DNA of 64,000 nucleotides, from positions 3,534,001 through 3,598,000 of the forward strand of contig CM039001.1 in NCBI GenBank assembly GCA_017499595.2, given 5' to 3'. The number at the start of each line of letters is the position of its first letter. Position 1 is the stretch's first letter. The notes under the pieces are model-generated. The model had not been told where the DNA came from. It did no database searches and saw nothing but the letters and a program-made list of their open reading frames with translations. This document shows, piece by piece, positions 53,629 to 64,000 of this stretch. A program made the position numbers and the translations under genes. This DNA is from Psilocybe cubensis. Lineage: Eukaryota.

Positions 53629-55988
53629 TCAAAAAGGACGCGGCAAAATGTCCATCCGGCTGAGGTCAACAACAGCGCGAACAAACTCTTGTGAATTTGA
53701 AGCAGCGTCGTCAAAGATTCCTTGCCTCTCTTGATAATCAATGTCGTTCCTGGACTTCGTGACAGGAAAGATCTCGCCGATGGGTTCACAAACCGTTCCC
53801 GTAGAAGGGAGTGTCCCGTCAACAAAATACTTCCGCACATACTGTTGAGTGCATGGAGACGGCGCTGAAAGAGAGCAGTGCTGAAGTAATATCCAAGATT
53901 GTGGGATGAGGGTAGTCGTGATTAGCTTTGTGTCATCCATTGATATATATAGCGTCTACATACCCCCAAGGAATTTTGTTGAAGCACTACAGACCCCTCA
54001 AAACTGCGAGACACGTTTCTGGCCCTGGCGATATCAACGCATGAGTAAATGGATAGAGATAAGTTTGTAGCTCCAAGGATATACTTACGACCATAAAGGA
54101 GTGACAGGGTCTTATAAAACATCTGAGCAAAAACTGCCGTTTCACTAACCGAGAAAAGGCTCACCTGCAGTATTTCCTATGATGAGCATGGGATGGCTCG
54201 TTTTACCCTTAAATGGGCCTATGGAAACCTGTTAACAACAGAGGTTGGGACCAGGTTATGATATAACAAACCTCTGAATTGCTCCTTTGGATATTTAGGC
54301 CATCCTCTATTAAAATGACGTGAATTATGTTAGAAAAATGGGTTATACGTAGCATAACCATGGTACCCACAAACAGTTCAACCTAAAGCCTGCCATAACA
54401 TCGCCCCACTGTGAAATTTTCATTGAACTTTCCAGATGATTCTCCAAAGCATCTATGTCTTCAAGAATCTCTTCACCGTCATTGCATATAATGGCAATAC
54501 TGGCGTCCGTATCGCTAGTATAAGAGAGCTCAGGATCACATTGGCACTCAGGAACAATGGAATCAGGGATCAATGTGTAGAGAGTAGATCCGTTACCAGT
54601 GACAAGCTCTGCGAGAGCCTTGGCCAGTGAAGGGAAAAACACGTAAGGGTTGTAAAGAGTGGCAAAGATTGTCTGTTTCAGTTTGCTGTAGTCCAGTAGC
54701 CCGTACGTTGAGTCCGTTTTGACTGAGATAGGACGATAACGAATGCTCTCGAATATAGAAGTCAGGTTTCGTCGTATATGTGTCGCAGTAGGCGCCCAGA
54801 ACTGACAATTATCGGGGCCGGCTTGAGCACACTCGGTGAAGAACCCGTCGAGAACTTTATCGGTATCGAGGGTTATTGTCAGAAATCTATCCGCTGTGCC
54901 TAAGTGAGTGGGACAATAGAAATATTATAGCAAAGCCCCTACATGCATAATAGTCTTCGGCATCAAAAACACCGTCAATAACCATACGTTCAATTTTATC
55001 CTATTTCATGATTAATAGAGATAATTGTCAGTTGACTAGCCCGACTTGCCGGAAACATTGCTGCAAAAGTCGCTCCTAGGATGGTGCCATATCTATTGCA
55101 GGGCAGTGAGACAAATGACATTGCAGCTCAGGTGGTCCAACATACGAGAAGCCCCAGTACTGTATTTTGGATCTTCCATGCGCCTCAACGATTCGAAGCA
55201 TATCGCGAACGGTATGGTCTGTATTCATGTGTCGCAAGTAGCCGCTGTCGCTCTCTGCAGCCAATTGGCCTACAAGTTTGGCACGAGCCAACGTCCTATG
55301 GATGCCCTCGTCCGAATTGTTCACAAGGAACGATGAGGCGTAATTAAATAGATGCCTTTCGATGTCCGTCTTGAAAAAAGAGATACGAGGGGTTGACCTG
55401 GCAATCCCTATAGTGACGAATAAGTAATGTTAATTGGAAGGCATTTTAAATATACCTCGAGGGTCAAAACCGACAAGGTCAAACTCAGGACCGACAATGG
55501 TTCTCAACAGGTCCCCTCCTTGCCCCATGATAAGCCCTACACCGCTTCCGCCAGGTCCTCCTGGATTGAGAAGGATTGGTCCCCGATAGCTTTTGGAATC
55601 TCTTGGAACTGCAGCGGGTTTGCGCGCCAGGGCAATAATGGCCTCCTCGCCGTCAGGGTTAGAGTAATCCAATGGAACCTGTAAAGCAGTTTGTCAACAA
55701 GAATCAGCAAGTATGAACATGATTCACGATGAAGCGAGCACATTGACGACCACGGCCGCATTCCTTCCAGACAAGACTCTTGCTTGGGGCTATCTATGAA
55801 AATGAGTTGGTTTGGATTTGAACTTGCTATACGAAGCATACCCTTTGCCATTCGTCATTAACTTGACGTTCTCTTTGCACCTGATTGAAAGTGGCCCGTT
55901 GGTCCCTGGCAGATAGAAAGAGCCCTATACCTAAAATCGAGGCCACCACAAAAACACTTGACCTGAACCAGCGGTTATTAGGTGCCAT
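53629..55988 (-). CDS. Alpha/beta hydrolase, TAP-like, copy 3
   Basis: MAPNNRWFR.., NPGGPGGSG, GFDPRG, YWGFS/YGT, DPVTP, HCSLSAPSPCT. One donor is GC (gcaagt at 55049). Confidence 0.9.
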
Positions 55989-56072
55989 ATTCAAGTTTGA
56001 ACTCAACAAGAGTCCGAGGGTCCGAGTAGAAAGTAATGCGCATAGCATTTAGGACCATCTCTATGGTCATTA

Positions 56073-56515
56073 GTGCTACTCAATTCTCTTTTTTACGATG
56101 TTGTTTAATTTTTAAAACCATGTGGAACAGTTTAGCCGACGTGCTTGGTAGTAAATTCATGTGGTGTATACTGATGGTGTGCCTTTCTGAGTTTGAATGA
56201 GCTTGAAAGCGGCCAACATGCCAACCGCAGCAACGGCGTCTTTTTTCTCTTTGCGCACATTTTCAGCTATGGCTGTCTCTCTAACGCGCGAGTACGCGCC
56301 ATATTGGAAGAAATATATACGAATAGGGGGATTCTAACGAAGATGATTAGATGGCTACTGATAACTTTGAGAACGGCCGTTCGGCATGGGTATTGATAGA
56401 TTCAAATACCGCCATGATGTGCACCACATGAATTTACTACCAAGCACGTCGGCTAAACTGATCCACATGGTTTTAAAAATTAAACAACATTGTAAAAAAG
56501 AGAATTGAGTAGCAC
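56073..56515. mobile_element. MITE (443 bp) with 94-bp terminal inverted repeats and TA target duplication
   Basis: 56073-56166 is the reverse complement of 56422-56515 with 2 mismatches. TA at 56071-72 and 56516-17. No convincing coding content. Confidence 0.9.
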
Positions 56516-56679
56516 TATTGTATGAACGCTGGGAATTCCACATGGCTTCAACGAAAGAACCTATCGAGTCTGACAGCGTGTGGTCCCGGTGATGACAAAT
56601 ACTTACATTGCAGCGTCGCTATTTGCTCTTCCTTGTCCTGAACCCTATGAACTAAAGTCTTGCATGCCTGTCTGGCAGA

Positions 56680-57426
56680 CTCTCTGCACAAATAGGCCGA
56701 GTCAAGAGGGGTGCGTCAGTTGCCACAGCGAGCGGGATGAACGATGAGCGGGCTTACCTGGCCTGGGTGCAACCTCAAACCCAGCCACCGTCAAGCTACC
56801 CTTGCAGCTGCAGAATGGATCGCTTAAAGTTGGGTCAGAACCACAGAAAACTCACCTGCACACGAGAGGTCTACGCTGCAGACTAGCATAAGTAGGTGCG
56901 TTAATGTCTACAGCGAGCCCATGACACGTTATTTTGCTTACCTTGCCAGCACATTGTCAATACTGTCTAGGAGAAGAGCGGATGAGGGGAATGGTAACGA
57001 CCCAATCCTTCTCCGTGCAGCGCATAGATCTGCAAGAATCGGTCAGAGGACGTCGTCGAGGCCATATGCACAATACCAGACTCGCTGCGCAAACATGCCG
57101 AGTCAAGAGGGGCGCGTCAGTTGCCACAGCGAGCGGAATGAACGATGAGCGGGCTTACCTGGCCTGGGTGCAACCTCAAACCCAGACTGCGTCACAGCGC
57201 GTCAATGTCTACAGCAAGCCCATGACGCGTTGTTTTGCTCACCTTGACAGCACATCGTCGGTCCAGTCTAGGAGAAGAGTGGATGAGGGGCACGGCAACG
57301 ACCCAATCCTTATCAACACTCACCGTGCAGCGCATCAACGCCTAGTTCTGCAAGAATCGGTCAGAGGAAGTCGTCTAGGCTGTCGGCACTCGCTGCGCAA
57401 ACAGGACGAGTCAGGATGGGTGCGTC
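56680..57426. repeat. Degenerate tandem duplication, ~300-400 bp unit, about 2.3 copies
   Basis: Block gccgagtcaagagggg..cctcaaacccag at ~56696-56784 and ~57097-57185. Block aatgtctacagc..gaatcggtcagagga at ~56903-57050 and ~57204-57368. A partial third start at ~57389. Confidence 0.85.
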
Positions 57427-57653
57427 ACATCAGCAATACCGGGGCCAAGTAGGTAATGATCCGTAGTGATACGTAATTCTGTAGTGCCCATAGTAACGGT
57501 CCCATTTGGGTAACACACACTGATGTACCTGTAGCTTGGTACCAACGTGACATGGTACTCTGTAGTGATCTGTATTGTAACGCAAGTGCTGTGTAGCGGC
57601 GTGTAGCATGCTTACCATGGTCCATACCCCTCTGTATACAACTGACATACAAA

Positions 57654-57724
57654 TTGTAGCATACTACCACAGATTTGTAGCATGCTACCACAGATTTGTA
57701 GCATGCTACCACAGATTTGTAGCA
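57654..57724. repeat. 21-bp minisatellite (ttgtagcat[a/g]ctaccacagat) x ~3.3
   Basis: Directly visible tandem units; translates as CYKSVVA repeats on the minus strand. Confidence 0.9.
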
Positions 57725-57992
57725 CATCATAACACACTGCAAATAGGTACAAAGGCATATATAGTATCCACTTTCATTTGTATAGTGTTGTGTGGCTATT
57801 CCTGCAAGTGCCAATATCACACTGAAAACCGAACCATTTTTGACTAAAATGGGCAATTTTAAAAATAGATAATCTATGTTTGGATCGGACCAAACATGTT
57901 TCTATTAGTAGATGCATAACTATTAATACGTGACGATCTAAATATGGTATCTTCTAATCCACACCCGGCAGCTGCCCCGCTCATTCACCCAA

Positions 57993-60652
57993 CTACCCTT
58001 CTGGACCGTAATCTAGTTCCTCCTGTGGGATAGAATGGAGAGTCATCCTATAAGGGTTGGGGGGGTTCTTCGTAGGCCTCATAATAGCACTGATTATGGA
58101 GATCTAAATGATGCAAAGAAAGAAATGAATAAAAAAAGATACACACCATCCTTCCTCAGCCACTTCCCTACATAAGCGAGCCAAGCGAGGACCTTGGTTC
58201 AAGGTATCCTTCTCTGCCTCTGCTGCAACCAACATGCAGGCATCATACCTCAGGGAGTACTCCTCTCCCTTGAATTCAATACCCGAACACGGACCACCTC
58301 TTGCAGGGTCAATCCCATCCCTCCACTCCTCAAGACAGTTGTGGATCTACAGCAAAATGCTTGTTAGCAAGGCAGTGCCAATAGCAGGAGAGAAATCAGA
58401 ACTACACAACTGGCCACAAGCGCAAATGCTTTGTGGGGAAGCGATGTCTTGAAGAAATCCGTCTTTGTCTCCAGACCTTTGATGGGGACTGCAACCCCTT
58501 TTGTAGGATGGTAGAAGAAGTCCAGACAGATCTTCTTCACAAAAGGATGTCCAAATGGGACATCGTGATACTGGAAACAAATCAATGAGTGGTAAGCCAG
58601 GTAAAATGGACGGCGAACTCACTCGGGTTTTGGCAACACCCCGGTGGTATTTACCATTGAGTAGCCAATATGCTACCCTGTCCTTGATGTATTCGATCTC
58701 CCCCATCTGATTTTCAAACATATTGGGGTTCGTGGCGATGACCTCCGACGGGACTTCGAGGCCATACGCATTTTTGACCAGGGGTCTGATCATCGTCTTC
58801 AGTCTTCCCCGGAAGGTTGACGCGTAGACAAATGCCTAATGAGAACAGACACGTTAGTACAATATCCTTAAAAGAACACGCTAAAAATATACCGTTACGG
58901 CGGTATTCCTGTCTAGGAGCGTTTTTTTCTCTGCAAAGTTATGTAAACCAATTAACTAAAATCACAGAAGACAGAACTTACTATCAGGCAACACTTTATC
59001 CGTGTTCATTCTTTCAAACACGGTTACTGCCATCTTCACACATCCATCGGCGACTAATAAGTGATTTTCCCGAGTGGGAAAGGGGACCTCCTCTACTACA
59101 TACAGGCACATCAGTTTGCATGCAATTTTGAGCACATCTTTCCAGTAACCAGTAAAGGATGCAACTGAATGCTTGGATACTTCCCTAGCAGAAGAAGTAC
59201 TGGACTTCTTATGAGCGATGTGTGCCTCACCAAGCACCTCATCATCGTCAGATGCTTCGTTGTTCTCCCTTGTCAAACCTTGGGATACGGCTCCTTGCGA
59301 AACAGCCGCCTTGCGCAATGCCTCAGGGCGAGGTGGCTTGTTCGCCCGATTACGACGACGGTGTTCTTGAAGAACATCCTCTACTTCCACAACCTATATC
59401 AATAATACATTAGCTAGACATTAAATACAGCAGAGAAATGATTACATGGGGGGAAGGCTGGCGGAGCAATGCCCTTGCTCTCCTCTCCTCTTCATCATCG
59501 GAAACTTCATCAACCACTGTCAAACATAGGTGGTAAGCAAACACGACATAAAGGTGGAGTTAAACCAACGCTGGGCAGCAGGCTCTTCATCATCTTGACC
59601 CGCGTCGTCGTAACCTTCATCACCGTCGACATATTGGAGAGCTTCTTCATCCCCAATATTCTCTTCATCAATTCCTTGCATGCATTTGTCCCCTGATGCT
59701 TCCTCAGATCGCCTTTCACCGTCACTATCCCCCTCTTCCTCCTCCTCCTCATCTTCCTCCTGCTCTATGCCTTCGTAATCTTGTTACTCCTCCTCGTCTT
59801 GATGGCTGATGCTAGCCTCGCATCGTAGTATTGGACAGAATTCTCTGCCGCAGGGGCAGCGTAACGCTGAACAGGATTTGCTGCGTGTTGTACAGGGCGC
59901 GGGACAGGATGTGCTGCATGTTGTACGGGGCGCGGGACAGGATGTGCTGGCTGTTGTACCGGAGCAGCGGGGCGCTGGATGGGGGCAGTGGGTCTTTGGA
60001 CAGCATGATCAAGCTCTGAGTGCTCCTGATTTCTCTGAGCTGCACGTTGGATCTGGACAGGAGGGGGGGCACCCTGAGATTGTCGTGGGCTTGGTTGGAC
60101 TTGTTGGACATCCCAAGGAGCAACTGAAGGCGTTGGCCTTGGTTGCATTTGAATAGGGGGACCTACATGCGACACAACGGTAACCTAGACGTGCTTGGAA
60201 GATAGCAAATTTAAGATTAGAACAGTAGACTCACCCCATTGCGAGGTTTCTTCAAGGGAGGCGCCATCTCATTTTCAGGCATGGCGCTAGTATCCACATT
60301 GGCGGCCCTTGACTTCCTCTTCCCAGCCTTCTCGAAGTCAATAAAAATGATGTTAGATGTTTTCTCCTGCCGAGCATTTACTCCACCAAGACCACGGGTG
60401 CTTCGGATAGGACGGCCATTGTGGTCTTTTTAATAAGGAGTTCAGTGAATCTCAACAAAGAAAATGCTAGTACAGACCTGCTTCAGGAGCCTGAGGTGGC
60501 TTGTTTTCTGCCACGGAGCTCGGACCCTGTTCAACCTCTTGTCCTAGATGGATAAAACATTAAGTATGCGGATGTAATGAGGATATATAGATGATACCTT
60601 CAACCGTGGCATTGACAACCGCCTTTTTCTTTTTGGATCCTTTAGGTGGCAT
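57993..60652 (-). CDS. Multi-exon DUF6532-like protein (transposon-associated), Pro/Gln and acidic low-complexity N-half
   Basis: MPPKGSKKKK start, VPFPT, TFRGRLKTMIRPLVKNAYGL, PFGHPFVKKICLDFFY, LPHKAFALVASC/IHNCLEEWRDG..EFKGEEYSLRY, ending ELDYGPEG*. The pattern matches my recollection of DUF6532. Confidence 0.7.
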
Positions 60653-60923
60653 ATTGGGCTGGTTTGACGGTTGTAATGCAGAAATAGAGACAAGGGGTGG
60701 TGAATTATGTCAAGCTACGATCCGGAGGTATGCGAAATTAGCCTCTTTTCAAAATTTAAGGCGACGGACATCAGTCAAAAATATATCGTGCCATATAGAA
60801 ATTACAGGTACTGAAACAGTATCCCTATCTACTACAATATATCACATATACATTATAGTCAGATTCCATGTCCTACTTAGAGTTAAGTAAAGTTACATCT
60901 CAGAGGGGAAAAGACTGCACCTA

Positions 60924-61279
60924 TCATGATCGCGGATTATCCTGAGGGTGCATTAGAATAGGTATTCCCCGACTAATGAGGGATACCCGTAGACGGGCGA
61001 TTTCGAGCTGGGTTTCAAACAGAAGATCTTCATTGGATTTATATGCTCGCATAATGTCGTCCATATAACAACGTAGCTCTGCCTGAACTTCTAGACACCT
61101 CTGTTCAGTGAGTTGAAATTGGTCAAGAGCCTTTTTAACGGCCTCTATGCCTTGATTCTAGAGGAAGGTGGATTAAAACATGAAAATAGACCTAAAACGA
61201 AGAACTCTGCCTCTTCGGGTATGCTAGGGAGGCGGCGACTTTGAGGTTGCAAAGCGTTGTTGCTATTGGAATGGTTCAT
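60924..61279 (-). CDS. Small two-exon coiled-coil hypothetical protein
   Basis: MNHSNSNN..EFFVL, intron ~61145-61191, then EAVKKALDQFQLTEQRCLEVQAELRCYM..LEIARLRVSLISRGIP..NPRS*; in frame after splicing. Confidence 0.5.
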
Positions 61280-61446
61280 GATAAAGATAGGCAACAATTT
61301 GGTGTGGTGGTGGTGGCTTAAGTTCAAGACGATCAACACATTACGAACCATTAGCACTGTTGATTGCCGAAATACACTTAAATAGAATGACATAAAACCC
61401 GTATATGTCTACAAGTCCGTGTTCGAGATACAAGTAATGCTGCACC

Positions 61447-63705
61447 CTACATATTTACAACTTTGACACCACGGGACGGGGGGAAGATTTGAATCAAAGA
61501 TGTTGTCGGAAAAGTTGGGAATGTATCACCGCGTTTCATACGAGTAACGGGATATTTATGTACAACGCAAATATCCTTGTCTATTGATCGTATCCTGAAT
61601 ATAATCCCCATTGAATCGCCCTCAAGCGGTGTAACGAAGTCGTCCTTTTTTACAGGATGAATTGGAAACAACACTGATTTCGGTAATGTCAGTGTACGTC
61701 CCAGTAATGCTAGGTGGGCAGTATCGTCGGTAAGGCTGAGAAGTTCCATCGCCACTTGATGGTCGCCCTTGGATTTGTCTACGACTTTTAATCGTAATCC
61801 TTTCAGCTTATCGTATTTCGTATCTAGCCAGTGAGCGACGGTTGAGGGTAGTTCTGCGATTTCCACCGCCGAGTGTACAGGTATTGCTGAATACGGATTC
61901 CATGCAGGAGACAGAAAACTTGCTACTGTGGACGGCATTGGAGTTGCTCCACCAGAAGGCCCGGGGTCTTGAGCGGAATTTATATGTTCTCGGTTGCTTG
62001 AAACAATGTCAGTAAGCACCTGACAGTCAACGAATCAAGTGAAACCACATACTGTATAATTAAATGTGATATTTTAATACGTTCCACCCTCTGGTTACAA
62101 GCTTCCAGCTCAACGTCTGCAAAGCCGTCGGGGGTAGTGCTTTTAACGATGCCATAGTACCCCTTGAATGTATTATTCCCGACAACGATGACACTCAAAC
62201 CTATATAGACGTCGTTGTGGTCTCTTTCTCCAAGCTTTGACGAATGACGCTTTCGCGGGCGAAGAGTAGCATGGGCAGGGGGGACGTAGAATATGACTGT
62301 GTGGATGGGCACAATGACCTGAAAAATGTGTTGAACACTACTGAGACAAAGAGAATGACAGTTCACCTACTTCGCGTTCGTGCTCTGGGGCGATAATACA
62401 AACAGATCTTCCATCAAAGTCTGACACCCATCCATGGAGATCTTTGTGATCCCCTTCAACGACTTCAACACTATCGCCTATCTGGAAAGCTGCACGTAGA
62501 TCGTGTAGTGCAACTGCTTGTGTTATACCTTGGGAGGGGATGTGCACTTCCACCTCAGCGTCAGAAACACTCTTGACCGTTCCAAAAAGACCTAAGTATT
62601 CTCCACCAATAATTTTGACTCGATCATATCGTTTCAGTCGAGTCATGGAGATGGCTTTCGAGGCTTGCGCTAAGGTCTCCGTCGTTACAAATGGACACTC
62701 GCGAAATTGCTCCAACTCGGACGATGTTGGGAGGACATTGGAAAGATATTTGAGATCGATGGCGTCGAAATCCGTGATAATAAATCCATCCTGGAATATC
62801 CTGTCGAGGTGCGATTTCTTGATGTTGTCCGGAGGTCTGGGGATAAGAACAACACTTTTCCAACCCTGGAATGTGAACACAAGGCCGGTAGCATTTGCGT
62901 AGGTCGTCCAAGCCTTACGCTTTCCAGCAACCTTGACCCACGATTGGTCTTCAGGGCGTGAGGGTGGGGGATGAGATAGGATCTCCATACATCTCTCCGA
63001 GGATAGCCTAACTAAATGTGTCGGATTAAGCTCTCTAACGAGGCAGGCTAACGTATGCGCATGTTGCATTGATGGCGCCTCGACGTAGATTCTCCCAGGA
63101 ATTGAGGATTGAGCGAAGACAGACCGGGCAAGGATGATGGGAAATGTAGGGTTCGTTGACATCTGCATAATTTTGAAAGCGACGGCCTCTTCGCGTCCAA
63201 CCTATCACTCGTAAGGTGATCAATAAATGCTGACTGAAGACTTATATTATTTTTGCGTACCTTGCAACCTATTTCATACATGATATCAGTCGCGGAAGGC
63301 ATATAATTATTATCACCAAGTCCTCCTGGTTGGGGATTGCCATATTTCTGTATAAGTTCTCGTGAACTAGATGGCTCTATATCATTGTCAGGACGAATTT
63401 TCATGCGTGAAGGCAGAAGCATGGGCAACAAATCGCTCCATTCATCAGTGTTATCTGTATTTTGCATGGCATGATATAGCCGAGAGTGTGCAACACGTTC
63501 CTCATCCTCAGAGTATTCATCGTTATCATTCACTGTATGTCAGAACCCATTAGCATCAGTACATATTGAGCAGAATATATGTAAATTATTGGAACATACG
63601 TAGTTGGCCCCCTTCATAATCAAGCTCTTCCGAACTTTCATCATCATCGGAAACCGCTGCTTCAATGTCTATGAAGGGATTAATGTCCTGATTTTTTGAG
63701 ATCAT
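61447..63705 (-). CDS. Divergent Spt5-like transcription elongation factor paralogue (acidic N-terminus, NGN domain, KOW motifs)
   Basis: INPFIDIEAAVSDDDESSEE (Spt5 N-terminal-like). NGN-like MYEIGCK/VGREEAVAFKIM..SVFAQSSIPGRIYVEA. KOW motifs LKRYDRVKIIGGEYLGLFGTV, FQIGDSVEVVEGDHKDLHGWV and YIGLSVIVVGNNTFKGYYGIVK. A single GATP..SPAWNP repeat-like remnant. Confidence 0.8.
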
Positions 63706-64000
63706 AATTAAATTTCCCTGAAGTTAGTGATTAGATGGAGGGTTGGATTAGTACACACTGTGCGGTTGCCTAGGCTGTCAAGTCGTCTGCGTTTATAACT
63801 AGACATTGTGGGTCTTAAAGACTGTTAATCGATGTTCATCTCACTTAATTTATCATCTTAACTTGTGATAATTTATTTTTAGATACTACACAACCTATTA
63901 CTATGATAAGACACTATGATGAACGGAAAGAGAAAACATATGGTGAGAAACACGCTATTTCCGGAGCGATTCTTTAGGGTAGGTTTCCCGTCCTGAAGTC

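Noticed and set aside
13330-55988. Secondary-metabolite gene cluster (GNAT, GMC x2, OMT, hydrolases)
   Set aside because: No core synthase (PKS, NRPS, terpene cyclase) in the window, and the enzymes are interleaved with housekeeping genes (RSA3, BUD14, CCT2, PMT1).
57654-57724. Short repeats as a CRISPR-like array
   Set aside because: The units are directly adjacent with no unique spacers, the context is eukaryotic and there are no cas genes. It is a minisatellite.
56934-57856. ORFs of 172 aa and 143 aa in the repeat tract
   Set aside because: They are translations of nucleotide repeats whose copies differ by indels, so frame is not preserved.
61447-63705. Calling this gene the canonical SPT5
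   Set aside because: Too short and divergent, with fewer clear KOW motifs and almost no C-terminal repeat region. No gene symbol was assigned.

Overview
Intron-rich fungal genomic DNA, most likely an agaricomycete (inferred from short GT-AG/GC-AG introns, micro-exons and gene families). There are three zones. (1) 1-12642: the right part of a large CACTA/En-Spm-type DNA transposon, with a Transposase_21-like gene on the minus strand and a CACTAC terminus at 12642. It contains an accessory ORF, a LINE 3' relic and a pseudogenised secreted-protein gene, and it appears to have landed inside a spliced host gene. (2) About 13.3-56 kb: host genes, namely a GNAT acetyltransferase, two AA3_2-type GMC oxidoreductases, an F-box protein, RSA3, BUD14/Tea4, a large nucleotidyltransferase-ankyrin protein, CCT2, PMT1, an O-methyltransferase whose last codons are split by a 1.5 kb Tc1/mariner-like element, and three tandem TAP-like alpha/beta hydrolases, followed by a MITE. 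(3) About 56.6-64 kb: a repeat-rich, transposon-like block with a DUF6532-like gene, a small coiled-coil gene and a divergent, compact Spt5 (NGN + KOW) paralogue. The two most unusual items are the Spt5 paralogue in apparent mobile-element context and the NTase-ankyrin fusion. All gene models were spliced by eye and all family calls are motif recognition, not database results.
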